Program-made: the position numbers and the translations under genes | The notes under the pieces: generated by a model | Told to the model about the DNA's origin: nothing | What the model saw: the letters and a program-made list of their open reading frames with translations, nothing else | Database searches by the model: none | Shown here: positions 46,889-56,687 of the stretch, one piece after another | How positions within the stretch are numbered: position 1 is the stretch's first letter | Layout of the letters: each line of letters begins with the position of its first letter | Source: Escherichia phage LH2 | DNA: 64,000 bases | Direction: 5' to 3' (one strand) | Sequence record: OQ378934.1

Positions 46889-47407
46889 ATGCCACATTTC
46901 AACGAATGTAGTCATCTGATCGAAGGCGCTGATAAAGCTCAAAATGAATACTGGGATATTCTCGGTGATGAAAAAGACCCGCTGCAGGTTATGCTTGATA
47001 TGCAGAAATCTTTGCAGGTTCGTTTAGCTAAAGATAAACCTGAATATAACCGTCATCCTGATGATTTGGCTACTGCAGGTGAAGTTGTTGATTGGCTGCG
47101 TAATCAGAAAGATTATATTGACGATGAATTCCGTGAACTTCTAACTTCTCTTGGCGGTATGAGCAATGGCGAAAAAGATGCATCTGCTGTATGGAAGCCT
47201 TGGAAGTCACAGCATGGTGAACGCCGTGAAACTCTAATTACTGATTTGTCTCCACAAGACCAGTTGGAAATTAAATTCGAAATGATTGATATTCTTCATT
47301 TCGTTCTGAACATGTTCCAAGGTCTCGGCCTTACTGCTGAAGAAATCTTTAAACTTTATTATCTGAAGAATGCTGAAAACTTCGCTCGTCAAGACCGAGG
47401 TTATTAA
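46889..47407 (+). CDS. 56: dCTP pyrophosphatase gp56
   Basis: 172 aa; MPHFNECSHLIEGADKAQNEYWDILGDEKDPLQVMLDMQ... matches T4 gp56 as recalled. Confidence 0.88.
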   Translation: MPHFNECSHLIEGADKAQNEYWDILGDEKDPLQVMLDMQKSLQVRLAKDKPEYNRHPDDLATAGEVVDWLRNQKDYIDDEFRELLTSLGGMSNGEKDASAVWKPWKSQHGERRETLITDLSPQDQLEIKFEMIDILHFVLNMFQGLGLTAEEIFKLYYLKNAENFARQDRGY

Positions 47408-47451
47408 TAGCTCGTTTATTTAAACGACGACTTAAAAGCCGCGAGAATTAT

Positions 47452-47459
47452 TATAAATA
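47452..47459 (+). promoter_or_regulatory. Late promoter TATAAATA for soc
   Basis: Exact octamer about 30 nt upstream of soc ATG. Confidence 0.6.
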
Positions 47460-47489
47460 ATCATGTAATTTAAATAAAAGGAGAATTAC

Positions 47490-47735
47490 ATGGCTAGTAC
47501 TCGCGGTTATGTTAACATCAAAACATTTGAGCAGAAATTAGATGGAAATAAGAAAATTGAAGGAAAGGAAATTTCTGTAGCTTTCCCTCTTTATTCTGAC
47601 GTTCACAAAATTTCTGGCGCTCATTACCAGACATTCCCTTCAGAAAAAGCAGCATATACTACTGTATATGAAGAAAATCAACGTGATGCATGGATTGCTG
47701 CAAACGAAGATTTGTGGAAAGTAACTGGTGAATAA
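47490..47735 (+). CDS. soc: Small outer capsid protein Soc
   Basis: 81-aa ORF; MASTRGYVNIKTFEQKLDGNKKIEGKEISVAFPLYSDVHKISGAHYQTF... matches T4 Soc. Confidence 0.88.
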   Translation: MASTRGYVNIKTFEQKLDGNKKIEGKEISVAFPLYSDVHKISGAHYQTFPSEKAAYTTVYEENQRDAWIAANEDLWKVTGE

Positions 47736-47740
47736 ATTCA

Positions 47741-47765
47741 AGGACTCCTTCGGGAGTCCTTTTTT
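47741..47765 (+). terminator. Intrinsic terminator after soc
   Basis: aggactcc-ttcg-ggagtcct followed by ttttt; part of a module repeated at 7103. Confidence 0.65.
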
Positions 47766-47775
47766 CATTTTACCG

Positions 47776-47805
47776 GTTTACTTTCCAAAATGAGTATGGT
47801 ATAAT
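47776..47805 (+). promoter_or_regulatory. T4-type early promoter
   Basis: gtttac 47776-47781; tataat 47800-47805. Confidence 0.55.
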
Positions 47806-47831
47806 AGAATTATCTTATAGAGGAGAACACT

Positions 47832-48044
47832 ATGTTAAATCGTTGGATTAAACCAAATGAAGACCTCCAGAAGGTTCTTGATAAAGCTATCTCTGATAAA
47901 TGGGGTATGAAAAGCTGGGATTGTGATATCGTCACGCATTCATTCATGATGCATGCAGATGGTTCAGTCGAGTTCAATGCTGAAATGCGATATACTGACT
48001 GGGGTGGATTTCAAAGAGTCGAATTTCAAAGAGGATTTTTGTGA
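47832..48044 (+). CDS. Hypothetical protein
   Basis: 70 aa; SD GAGGAG. Confidence 0.5.
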   Translation: MLNRWIKPNEDLQKVLDKAISDKWGMKSWDCDIVTHSFMMHADGSVEFNAEMRYTDWGGFQRVEFQRGFL

Positions 48045-48385
48045 TGTTTATCTTTAATTGGTTTAAAAATTTCTTTACGGATTTTTTCTTTACAGCTCCT
48101 GGAGAAGGTGTAGTTCCTATTTCAAATGACTACCTTCCTTTAACTGTAGTTGAATATGTTTATATGGGAGATGGAACAGTAGAAGCGGTTACTATGACTT
48201 ATGAAGAAGCCCAGGAATATTATAAAAATCCTTGGCGCTGGTCAACACCTACTGCATCATCTAATACGCAGAATACACAATCTAGTTCTGATTCATATGA
48301 CACTAATGTTCCTGTTCATGTATGGACGGGCGATTCGTGTGGAAGTTCTTGTGATTCTAGTTGTTCATCTACATCTTGTGATTGA
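48041..48385 (+). CDS. Hypothetical protein with Cys/Ser/Asp-rich C-terminal tail
   Basis: C-terminus [19 protein letters not shown]. Confidence 0.5.
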   Translation: MMFIFNWFKNFFTDFFFTAPGEGVVPISNDYLPLTVVEYVYMGDGTVEAVTMTYEEAQEYYKNPWRWSTPTASSNTQNTQSSSDSYDTNVPVHVWTGDSCGSSCDSSCSSTSCD

Positions 48386-48393
48386 GGAAAATT

Positions 48394-48879
48394 ATGGAAG
48401 CGATTTTGTTTGAAATGTATATTAATAGCGATAGCATGTCGTTTGCTAAAGATGTTCCAATTACAGTAGCAGTAATGATTGATAAGGGTTATTGTGACCC
48501 AATGTATCTCGTAGAAAATTTCGTTTCAATGCCAGTTCCAGAAGATGCTGAAATAAAACTTAAAAAGATTGGTATTATTGAAACTGTACCAAATATTCCG
48601 TTTAGAGCAATTGAAGCATTTACTAAATCCGAATACATTAATGTTAGCGCAGAACAATATAATGATAAGCCTTTATCTTTCTATTCATATGATTCAATAT
48701 ATGACTGGAAAGTAGATAAGGGAAATAAATTTATAATTGTGAGTGAAGATGCTTTATCATACTTTATTTCTTCTGTATGGAATAGTTTACATCCAAATTT
48801 GCTAAAAATTCATGAATTTGATGATGCTCCTACTGTTGTTTTAGGTAAAACAAATGAAAGTTCTGAAGAAAATGTTTGA
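48394..48879 (+). CDS. Hypothetical protein
   Basis: ATG 48394 after SD GAGGAAAA; 161 aa. Confidence 0.5.
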   Translation: MEAILFEMYINSDSMSFAKDVPITVAVMIDKGYCDPMYLVENFVSMPVPEDAEIKLKKIGIIETVPNIPFRAIEAFTKSEYINVSAEQYNDKPLSFYSYDSIYDWKVDKGNKFIIVSEDALSYFISSVWNSLHPNLLKIHEFDDAPTVVLGKTNESSEENV

Positions 48880-49057
48880 ATGGTTCAATAGACCAAACTC
48901 AATGTACATTGATGATGGTTGGGTTGAACAGGCAAATAAAGAAATGCAGAACGAATCAGAAGAATGGATGAAATCAATGATTAGCATTGAGAAAGAAAAG
49001 AAATTAGAACGCTCAGCGCTTAAATTGATGAGAGACATCTATGGGGATAAATCATGA
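48854..49057 (+). CDS. Hypothetical protein
   Basis: 67-aa ORF; start ambiguous (48854 or 48872). Confidence 0.4.
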   Translation: MKVLKKMFEWFNRPNSMYIDDGWVEQANKEMQNESEEWMKSMISIEKEKKLERSALKLMRDIYGDKS

Positions 49058-49218
49058 ACAGAGATATGACGTTAGAAGAGGCTAAAGCTAAAGCAAATGA
49101 AGCACTGGATTTGCTTCTTAAAATTGGCAGTAAAATGATGGAAGAAAATGAGAAACATATCCAGGAAAACAAAATTCCTGACGGCCCATTAGTAGGCAAG
49201 AGGAAATCGCATGATTGA
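49054..49218 (+). CDS. Hypothetical small protein (54 aa, below ORF-track cutoff)
   Basis: ATGA overlap with upstream stop; [25 protein letters not shown]... Confidence 0.35.
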   Translation: MNRDMTLEEAKAKANEALDLLLKIGSKMMEENEKHIQENKIPDGPLVGKRKSHD

Positions 49219-49681
49219 AGTAGCAAAACTATATTCAATAGAATTTATGTCTAAAGAAGGTAAATCAGTAAATACACTTGATAAAGAGTGCTCATTAATT
49301 ATTCCTTTAGCAGAAAATCCGGATATTTTAATTAAAGATATAAAAGAAAGAAAATATCCAGAAAATGTTATTCTAATTATAAAGCATACTGAAGATATTT
49401 TGCAGAATACTGATTCACCATTTTCTTCTTCTGAAGCTTTAACTATTAAAGGCTATAAAAGAGCTCATGAATATGGTCTTTTTGACCTGTTTGAAGACGA
49501 TAAAGTTAAATTAGCGAGTCAACCTTCTAAAAGTAAAACATTCATTATTGAAGATATTAAAGATATAAATGCATTTGTTAAGATGGTCTGGGCTCATTTT
49601 GATGTTGGACTGCGCTGGAGAATGTCCGAAGAAGAAAGAAAAATTATTGAAGCTAATCGTTATTTTGGTTTTTATCGCTAG
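49211..49681 (+). CDS. Hypothetical protein
   Basis: 156-aa ORF. Confidence 0.5.
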   Translation: MIEVAKLYSIEFMSKEGKSVNTLDKECSLIIPLAENPDILIKDIKERKYPENVILIIKHTEDILQNTDSPFSSSEALTIKGYKRAHEYGLFDLFEDDKVKLASQPSKSKTFIIEDIKDINAFVKMVWAHFDVGLRWRMSEEERKIIEANRYFGFYR

Positions 49682-49689
49682 GAATTAAT

Positions 49690-49872
49690 ATGGATTTATT
49701 TGAGATGTTAGAAGATAATCATTCTACGAATATCCAGAATGATTCTAGTGATTATAAGAAAGAGTACCGTATAGTATTACAGAATTATGGAATTGAAGCC
49801 CCAGATGCTCTTCTAGAAGAACTAGCTTCATACCATCTTGACCCTCCGCCCTGGGCTCCCTGGGCAAAATAA
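49690..49872 (+). CDS. Hypothetical protein
   Basis: 60-aa ORF. Confidence 0.45.
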   Translation: MDLFEMLEDNHSTNIQNDSSDYKKEYRIVLQNYGIEAPDALLEELASYHLDPPPWAPWAK

Positions 49873-49883
49873 TTCAAAAAGTT

Positions 49884-49913
49884 GTTTACTTTCCTTTCTA
49901 ACGATGATATGAT
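49884..49913 (+). promoter_or_regulatory. T4-type early promoter
   Basis: gtttac 49884-49889; tatgat 49908-49913. Confidence 0.45.
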
Positions 49914-49939
49914 AGCTTCTGAAGTATATGGAGGCTATC

Positions 49940-50563
49940 ATGATTATTAATCCTGCAGATGTTGAACAGTTATCTATAAAAGCTGAAAGTGTCGATTTTC
50001 AATATGATATGTATAAAAAGGTCTGTGAAAAATTTACTGACTTTGAACAGTCAGTTCTTTGGCAATGTATGGAAGCCAAAAAGAATGAAGCTCTTCATCA
50101 GCAGTTGAATAAAATCGTTAAAAAGCATTTAACTGAATCACCTTATCAGTTATATCGTGGTATATCAAAATCGACAAAAGAACTCATTAAAGATTTACAA
50201 GTCGGAGAAGTGTTTTCAACGAACAGAGTAGATTCATTTACTACTAGTTTGCACACAGCATGTGGTTTTTCTTATGTTGAATATTCCACTGAAATAGTAC
50301 TTCGCTTAAAAACTGATAAAGCTTTTAATTACTCTGACCATATCAGCGATATTATACTTTCTTCTCCTAATACTGAATTTAAGTATACATATGAAGATAC
50401 TGATGGATTAGATTCAGAACGTACTGATAACTTAATGATGATTGTACGTGAACAAGAATGGATGATTCCAATTGGAAAGTATAAAATAACTTCTATTTCA
50501 AAAGAAAAATTACACGATTCATTTGGAACATTTAAAGTGTATGATATTGAGGTAGTTGAATGA
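49940..50563 (+). CDS. modB: ADP-ribosyltransferase ModB-like
   Basis: 207 aa from ATG after SD GGAGG; R...STS...E arrangement (YRG, FSTN, EQEWMIP); assignment by length and position. Confidence 0.55.
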   Translation: MIINPADVEQLSIKAESVDFQYDMYKKVCEKFTDFEQSVLWQCMEAKKNEALHQQLNKIVKKHLTESPYQLYRGISKSTKELIKDLQVGEVFSTNRVDSFTTSLHTACGFSYVEYSTEIVLRLKTDKAFNYSDHISDIILSSPNTEFKYTYEDTDGLDSERTDNLMMIVREQEWMIPIGKYKITSISKEKLHDSFGTFKVYDIEVVE

Positions 50564-51162
50564 AATATTCAGCAATGCAATTAAAAGATTTTAAAATCAA
50601 ATCAATGGATGCATCGGTGCGTGCTTCTATTCGTGAAGAATTACTTTCTGAAGGATTTAATTTATCCGAAATTGAACTTTTAATTCATTGTATTACTAAT
50701 AAGCCAGACGATCATTCTTGGTTAAATGAAATAATCAAATCTCGTTTGGTTCCAAACGATAAACCTCTTTGGAGAGGTGTTCCAGTTGAGACTAAGCAGG
50801 TGTTAAATCAAGGAATTGATATTATTACATTTGATAAAGTAGTATCAGCTTCATATGATAAAAATATAGCTCTACATTTTGCTTCTGGTTTAGAGTATAA
50901 CACACAAGTTATTTTTGAATTCAAAGCTCCTATGGTATTTAATTTTCAGGAGTATGCTATAAAAGCTCTACGTTGTAAAGAATATAGTCCAAGTTTTAAA
51001 TTTCCAGATAGCCATCGCTATCGTAATATGGAATTAGTTTCAGATGAACAGGAAGTAATGATACCAGCTGGAAGTGTATTTAGAATTGCGGATAGATATG
51101 AATATAAAAAGTATTCAACATACACTATCTATACTCTTGATTTTGAAGGATTTAATCTATAA
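50560..51162 (+). CDS. modA: ADP-ribosyltransferase ModA-like
   Basis: 200 aa; paralog of the upstream ORF (WRG, SAS, EQEVMIP); ATGA overlap. Confidence 0.55.
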   Translation: MKYSAMQLKDFKIKSMDASVRASIREELLSEGFNLSEIELLIHCITNKPDDHSWLNEIIKSRLVPNDKPLWRGVPVETKQVLNQGIDIITFDKVVSASYDKNIALHFASGLEYNTQVIFEFKAPMVFNFQEYAIKALRCKEYSPSFKFPDSHRYRNMELVSDEQEVMIPAGSVFRIADRYEYKKYSTYTIYTLDFEGFNL

Positions 51163-51218
51163 TGGAAGGACTTAGATTCATTATACCATGAAAGTTTTAA
51201 AGCATTTTTCATAAAGTT

Positions 51219-51249
51219 GTTTACAAGCTGAAGTAAAAATGTTATAGTA
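51219..51249 (+). promoter_or_regulatory. T4-type early promoter
   Basis: gtttac 51219-51224; tatagt 51244-51249. Confidence 0.5.
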
Positions 51250-51278
51250 TAAGTAGTTAACCCGTCCGTGAGAAAAAT

Positions 51279-52028
51279 ATGAAACTGTCTAAAAATCAAA
51301 TTCGTAAAATTACACGTCGCTTAGAGCATACTCAGGCATCTGCCAAAAGACGTTCTAAGGATTTTAACTTAGACTTTAATTACATTAAGAACATTTTAGA
51401 TCAGAAAGTTTGCGCTTACTCGGGAGAACCTTTTGATAATCGTATTGAAGGAGAGAAATTATCATTAGAACGTTTTAATAACGATATAGGCTACATTAAA
51501 GGTAATGTTATCCCAGTTAAGAAAAAATATAACACAGCTCGTTCTGATTTAACATTAGAAGAACTTATTGAAAAACGTGATGCCATTGCAAGACGTATCG
51601 CTAATCCTTCTGCCCGTAAAGTAGAGAAACTTAATCTCGACGAGAAGAAATGGGCCCAAATTAAAAAGGTTTATGGCACTATTTTAAAAATCCGAGCAAA
51701 ACGTGAAAATCGTGTTAAGCATATGGCGAACATGATGAAAAATCAGCCTTTATCTAACGAATCTAAACTTAAAATTGCTGCTTTGAAAGCACGCATTAAT
51801 GGCTCACATCAAGCAGAAGGCCATGAACTTACTAAACTCAACGTTCTTCTTAAAGGCTCTGACTGGAAAACTAAAACTAAATTAACTGACGCTGAATCGC
51901 TTTTCGATACATATGATAAAGTTATCCAAGGTCTGCAACGTTTTGAAAAGATTGGTTTCATTGGTAAATTAAAATTGAAACGTGGCTTACCACTTAGCGC
52001 ATCATTATTCCAACTGATTAAAGGTTAA
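51279..52028 (+). CDS. srd: Srd-like protein
   Basis: 249 aa; upstream of dda as in T4; assignment by position and length only. Confidence 0.45.
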   Translation: MKLSKNQIRKITRRLEHTQASAKRRSKDFNLDFNYIKNILDQKVCAYSGEPFDNRIEGEKLSLERFNNDIGYIKGNVIPVKKKYNTARSDLTLEELIEKRDAIARRIANPSARKVEKLNLDEKKWAQIKKVYGTILKIRAKRENRVKHMANMMKNQPLSNESKLKIAALKARINGSHQAEGHELTKLNVLLKGSDWKTKTKLTDAESLFDTYDKVIQGLQRFEKIGFIGKLKLKRGLPLSASLFQLIKG

Positions 52029-52030
52029 TT

Positions 52031-52342
52031 ATGGTTTATGTATATGCAATAGTTTATCGAGATATGGAAGGATTTACTGTCCCGGTTCCACTTGATGAGC
52101 ATCGTCCTGCAGTATTTTTTAGAAAGGATATTGCAGATAAAGTTTTCGATACTTTGAAAACACAGTATAAAACAGATTTAAAAATGGGAGTTCTAAGAAT
52201 GGTCGAAACTCCGCGTAAGTTCTGGTTTAATAAGCTTGAAATGAAACACGTTAAACTAGATGCGGAGACGCAAAGATTATATCGGCGAATTTTAGATACT
52301 GGGCGTATTGTTAGTATACCAATTGCAGGGAATTTACGATGA
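52031..52342 (+). CDS. Hypothetical protein
   Basis: 103-aa ORF immediately before dda. Confidence 0.5.
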   Translation: MVYVYAIVYRDMEGFTVPVPLDEHRPAVFFRKDIADKVFDTLKTQYKTDLKMGVLRMVETPRKFWFNKLEMKHVKLDAETQRLYRRILDTGRIVSIPIAGNLR

Positions 52343-53658
52343 CATTTGATGATTTGACCGAAGGTCAGAAAAATGCCTTTAACATCGTTATGAGGGCTAT
52401 TAAAGAAAAGAAACATCATGTAACTATTAATGGACCTGCCGGTACTGGTAAGACTACTCTTACTAAGTTCATCATTGAAGCCTTAATATCTACGGGCGAA
52501 ACTGGCATTATTTTAGCAGCTCCTACTCATGCAGCTAAAAAGATTCTTTCAAAACTATCAGGGAAAGAAGCGAGTACTATTCACAGTATTCTCAAAATTA
52601 ACCCAGTAACATACGAAGAAAACGTTCTTTTTGAACAAAAAGAAGTACCGGATTTAGCCAAATGTAGAGTATTAATCTGCGACGAAGTATCAATGTATGA
52701 TAGAAAGCTATTTAAAATTTTGCTTTCAACTATTCCACCTTGGTGTACTATAATTGGAATAGGTGATAATAAGCAAATTAGACCCGTTGACCCAGGAGAA
52801 AACACTGCTTATATCAGTCCATTCTTTACACATAAAGATTTTTATCAGTGTGAACTCACTGAAGTTAAACGCAGTAATGCTCCTATTATTGATGTAGCTA
52901 CTGATGTTCGCAACGGTAAGTGGATTTATGATAAAGTTGTTGACGGGCATGGAGTACGTGGATTTACTGGTGATACCGCTTTACGCGATTTTATGGTAAA
53001 TTATTTTTCAATCGTCAAATCACTAGATGATTTGTTTGAAAATCGCGTAATGGCATTTACGAATAAATCTGTTGATAAGTTAAATAGCATTATTCGTAAA
53101 AAGATTTTTGAAACTGATAAAGATTTTATTGTCGGTGAAATTATTGTAATGCAGGAACCATTAATTAAAACATATAAAATTGATGGAAAGCCTGTGTCAG
53201 AAATTATTTTTAATAACGGACAATTAGTTCGTATTATAGAAGCAGAGTATACATCAACATTTGTTAAAGCTCGTGGTGTTCCTGGAGAATATCTAATTCG
53301 TCATTGGGATTTAACAGTAGAAACTTACGGCGATGATGAATATTATCGTGAAAAGATTAAAATAATTTCATCTGATGAAGAGCTGTATAAGTTTAACTTA
53401 TTTTTAGGTAAAACGGCAGAAACTTATAAAAATTGGAATAAAGGTGGAAAAGCTCCGTGGAGTGATTTTTGGGATGCTAAATCACAGTTTAGTAAAGTGA
53501 AAGCACTTCCTGCGTCAACATTCCATAAAGCTCAGGGCATGTCTGTAGATCGTGCTTTCATCTATACACCTTGTATTCATTATGCAGATGCTGAACTAGC
53601 ACAGCAGCTTCTTTATGTTGGTGTCACTCGTGGTCGTTATGATGTGTTTTACGTATGA
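52339..53658 (+). CDS. dda: DNA helicase Dda (SF1)
   Basis: 439 aa; Walker A GPAGTGKTT; Walker B ICDEVSM; matches T4 Dda. Confidence 0.92.
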   Translation: MTFDDLTEGQKNAFNIVMRAIKEKKHHVTINGPAGTGKTTLTKFIIEALISTGETGIILAAPTHAAKKILSKLSGKEASTIHSILKINPVTYEENVLFEQKEVPDLAKCRVLICDEVSMYDRKLFKILLSTIPPWCTIIGIGDNKQIRPVDPGENTAYISPFFTHKDFYQCELTEVKRSNAPIIDVATDVRNGKWIYDKVVDGHGVRGFTGDTALRDFMVNYFSIVKSLDDLFENRVMAFTNKSVDKLNSIIRKKIFETDKDFIVGEIIVMQEPLIKTYKIDGKPVSEIIFNNGQLVRIIEAEYTSTFVKARGVPGEYLIRHWDLTVETYGDDEYYREKIKIISSDEELYKFNLFLGKTAETYKNWNKGGKAPWSDFWDAKSQFSKVKALPASTFHKAQGMSVDRAFIYTPCIHYADAELAQQLLYVGVTRGRYDVFYV

Positions 53659-53664
53659 TTAAAT

Positions 53665-53925
53665 TTGAGGAAGCTATTCGTGGAAATAACTAAAGACCAG
53701 TTTTATCTACTTCAAGATAAAGTGAGCGAAATTTATGAAATAGCTTATAGTAAAAATCGCAAAAACGTGAAAATTGAATCAGGCAAGTTAATGCTTCAAT
53801 TGGAAGAAATTGAACGAGATTTGATTGCATTAGAATTCTTTTGCGGTGAAGTGAAAACTGTTACAATCAGTGATTATGTTTTAGGTGAAATTAGCCATCT
53901 TTATAAGGCGGTTATTAATGATTGA
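53665..53925 (+). CDS. Hypothetical protein
   Basis: 86-aa ORF. Confidence 0.5.
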   Translation: MRKLFVEITKDQFYLLQDKVSEIYEIAYSKNRKNVKIESGKLMLQLEEIERDLIALEFFCGEVKTVTISDYVLGEISHLYKAVIND

Positions 53926-54160
53926 ATTAAGTTTGCATCAGTTTAAATCTCTTGTGGCAAATGTTAAAGCTGTCATTCAAGAAAATTCAGGACCTGATAA
54001 TGTTACTATTCGCGAAAAAGCTTTAAAGATAGTATACAGTCTTGAAGAGATACAAAAAGATATTGAATCTATGGCAAAATTTATTGATGAGCCCATTAAT
54101 AAAGTTTATATCCAAGATTATACTGTAGGTCAAATTCGCGATTTAGCGAGGAAAATTTAA
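53918..54160 (+). CDS. Hypothetical protein
   Basis: Internal ATG 53918; 80 aa; similar in pattern to the upstream ORF. Confidence 0.45.
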   Translation: MIELSLHQFKSLVANVKAVIQENSGPDNVTIREKALKIVYSLEEIQKDIESMAKFIDEPINKVYIQDYTVGQIRDLARKI

Positions 54161-54843
54161 TGTTTGATTTTATTATAGATTTTGAAACAATGGGAAGCGG
54201 TGAAAAGGCAGCTGTTATTGATTTGGCTGTTATTGCCTTTGACCCTAATCCAGAAGTAGTTGAAACATTTGATGAATTAGTTTCACGTGGCATTAAAATC
54301 AAATTTGATTTAAAAAGTCAAAAAGGACATCGTCTTTTTACTAAAAGCACTATCGAATGGTGGAAAAATCAGTCTCCTGAAGCTCGAAAAAATATTGCAC
54401 CATCAGATGAAGATGTAAGCACTATCGATGGTATTGTAAAATTTAATGATTACATCAATGCACATAATATCGATCCTTGGAAATCTCAAGGCTGGTGCCG
54501 TGGAATGTCGTTTGATTTTCCAATTTTAGTCGATCTCATTCGCGATATTCAACGTCTTAATGGCGTTTCTGAGAATGAACTTGACACATTTAAGTTAGAA
54601 CCATGTAAATTCTGGAATCAGCGTGATATTCGTACCAGAATTGAAGCACTTCTGCTTGTTCGTGATATGACCACATGTCCTCTTCCAAAGGGAACTTTAG
54701 ATGGATTCGTTGCACATGATTCTATTCATGACTGTGCGAAAGACATCCTGATGATGAAGTATGCTTTGCGATATGCTATGGGTCTTGAAGATGCTCCATC
54801 AGAGGAAGAGTGCGATCCTCTTTCTCTTCCAACAAAACGATAA
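54160..54843 (+). CDS. dexA: Exonuclease A (DexA)
   Basis: 227 aa; MFDFIIDFETMGSGEKAAVIDLAVIAF... DEDDh-type motifs; matches T4 DexA. Confidence 0.88.
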   Translation: MFDFIIDFETMGSGEKAAVIDLAVIAFDPNPEVVETFDELVSRGIKIKFDLKSQKGHRLFTKSTIEWWKNQSPEARKNIAPSDEDVSTIDGIVKFNDYINAHNIDPWKSQGWCRGMSFDFPILVDLIRDIQRLNGVSENELDTFKLEPCKFWNQRDIRTRIEALLLVRDMTTCPLPKGTLDGFVAHDSIHDCAKDILMMKYALRYAMGLEDAPSEEECDPLSLPTKR

Positions 54844-54849
54844 AAAGTT

Positions 54850-54879
54850 GTTTACTTCCTCGGTTAGTTGTGGTATTAT
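54850..54879 (+). promoter_or_regulatory. T4-type early promoter
   Basis: gtttac 54850-54855; tattat 54874-54879. Confidence 0.5.
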
Positions 54880-54906
54880 AACACCATAGCTACTGAGGAT
54901 AATAAA

Positions 54907-55407
54907 ATGAAAATTTATCGTGTTGAATCATCTTTTAGTATTCTTAATTATGAAGATGCTATAACAATACGTCGAAATCTTTGTGTTCAAATAACGCCGT
55001 ACAGGAGTATAATAGATTCATGGAGCGAAGAGTGGCTATTACACGTAGGTTATGACAGACCTAATTTTATGCATCATAGTGATAATAATAAAAGAATTCC
55101 TTTACCACACGAAGATAAACTATTAGTTAAAAACGCTAATATAGTAATTAATACTAAGTTCAAGAAAGATTATGTTGGAGTAGAATATCATATTCCAGGA
55201 TGGTTTATAGCTCTTTATCATTTTGCTTTCGCTAGTGAATATGATATGATGAGATGGTTCACACGAGAAGAGCGGGAAGAATTATCTTCTAAAGGATTTT
55301 ATCTCGCTGTATACGAAGTTCCTGAAGATGAAGTTATCATTGGCGGGCACCAAGTAATGTTCCGCAAATCGCATGCTGAACTCGTAGATTTTATTGAAAT
55401 GAGATAA
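54907..55407 (+). CDS. Hypothetical protein (MotB-region gene)
   Basis: ATG 54907 downstream of the promoter; 166 aa. Confidence 0.5.
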   Translation: MKIYRVESSFSILNYEDAITIRRNLCVQITPYRSIIDSWSEEWLLHVGYDRPNFMHHSDNNKRIPLPHEDKLLVKNANIVINTKFKKDYVGVEYHIPGWFIALYHFAFASEYDMMRWFTREEREELSSKGFYLAVYEVPEDEVIIGGHQVMFRKSHAELVDFIEMR

Positions 55408-55409
55408 TT

Positions 55410-55952
55410 ATGAAATTTAATTATAATCCTGAATACATACCAAATCCGGTAGCTAAACTGATTGATTTTGATGTTGTAAGCACTTATGTATGCCCTGTTA
55501 AACCACTGGAAATTAAGGAACCTACTATGACTACCGCTATTGAAATCGGCAAAACCTACAAACTAGTTGAACCTGAAATTAAAACTAATGCCTTGATTTC
55601 CGGCCATAAAACTTTGACTGATGTTTTTGGCGAAGGCGAATTTACCGTTGAAGACTTTGAAAAAAGTAAATGGTTTACTAAATCTTATATTGTCCACGGT
55701 CGTCGTTTAGACAACAACAAAATAGAGAAAATCCTAGTTTATGAAGCAGAGTTCATCCTGTTCCAAGAAGTTGAAGAACAAGACCCTACCGACCTTCTAA
55801 CTCGTGCAGTAGCTATTAAGACCCCATTTATTTCGGTCTGTGGTTGGGTAACAGACCAGTGGATTGAAGATGGTGTTGAACTTCTGAACGTTGTTCATGC
55901 AGGTGATTTTAGCGTAGTACCTCGTAGTGCAGTGGTAGCTATTTTGAATTAA
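55410..55952 (+). CDS. Hypothetical protein (tandem paralog 1)
   Basis: 180 aa; C-terminal block ...CGWVTDQWIEDGVELLNVV... Confidence 0.5.
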   Translation: MKFNYNPEYIPNPVAKLIDFDVVSTYVCPVKPLEIKEPTMTTAIEIGKTYKLVEPEIKTNALISGHKTLTDVFGEGEFTVEDFEKSKWFTKSYIVHGRRLDNNKIEKILVYEAEFILFQEVEEQDPTDLLTRAVAIKTPFISVCGWVTDQWIEDGVELLNVVHAGDFSVVPRSAVVAILN

Positions 55953-55954
55953 TA

Positions 55955-55984
55955 GTTTACAAACTCTTGGGACCAGAGTATAAT
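55955..55984 (+). promoter_or_regulatory. T4-type early promoter
   Basis: gtttac 55955-55960; tataat 55979-55984. Confidence 0.5.
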
Positions 55985-56028
55985 GGTCCCGTGGAGTATA
56001 AAATCTTTTTAACAAGTGAGAGATAACT

Positions 56029-56517
56029 ATGATTATTAATATTGGTGAAATTGCTCGTGTATCTGATAAATCCCGTTCTAAAGCAGCAGGAAAATTGGTC
56101 GAAATTGTAAGCATTCAGCTTAAACACGGTGTTAAAGATGAAGATTCTGAAGTAAAAGTTCGTATCATTCCTAAAGATGGAAAGTCTAAACCTCAGTTTG
56201 GTTATGTTCGCGCGAAATTTCTTGAATCTGCGTTTTTGAAAGCTGTTCCTGCTAAAGGAATTGAAACGATTGATACTTCGCATGTAGGTGTAGACTTTAA
56301 GTGGAAACTCGGTCAAGCTATTAAGTTCGTTGCTCCTTATGAATTTAACTTTATCAAAGACGATGGAAGGGTTGTTTATACTCGTGCTATGTGTGGATAC
56401 ATTACCGATCAATGGGTAGAAGATGGTGTTAAGCTGTACAATGTGGTATTTTTAGGAACATACAAAGTCATTCCTGAAAGTTGGATTAAACACTATAGCA
56501 ATGCTCTCTATGCATAA
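56029..56517 (+). CDS. Hypothetical protein (tandem paralog 2)
   Basis: 162 aa; C-terminal block ...CGYITDQWVEDGVKLYNVV... shared with the 55410 ORF. Confidence 0.5.
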   Translation: MIINIGEIARVSDKSRSKAAGKLVEIVSIQLKHGVKDEDSEVKVRIIPKDGKSKPQFGYVRAKFLESAFLKAVPAKGIETIDTSHVGVDFKWKLGQAIKFVAPYEFNFIKDDGRVVYTRAMCGYITDQWVEDGVKLYNVVFLGTYKVIPESWIKHYSNALYA

Positions 56518-56550
56518 AGTTTAAATTTTTTCATAAAACTATATACATCA

Positions 56551-56628
56551 GTAGTTGATTATGGTACTATATCAATATCAACTACTGATACAGAAAACAA
56601 CTTGGAGAATAAAATGGAAATTCGCTAA
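56551..56628 (+). repeat. Promoter-leader cassette (PeSL-like), copy D, carrying a 4-codon micro-ORF
   Basis: tggtactatatcaatatcaac ... ttggagaataaaATGGAAATTCGCTAA; leader conserved with copies A and C but ORF stops after MEIR. Confidence 0.5.
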
Positions 56629-56687
56629 AGGTGCTGATACTCTTCTGAAACGCATCGCTCCAATGTTCAATTAATGAGGAAATTGTA

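Noticed and set aside
55957-56412. 151-aa minus-strand ORF
   Set aside because: Antisense to a + strand gene and its promoter; Phe/Asn/Ile-rich translation typical of the reverse frame of AT-rich coding sequence.
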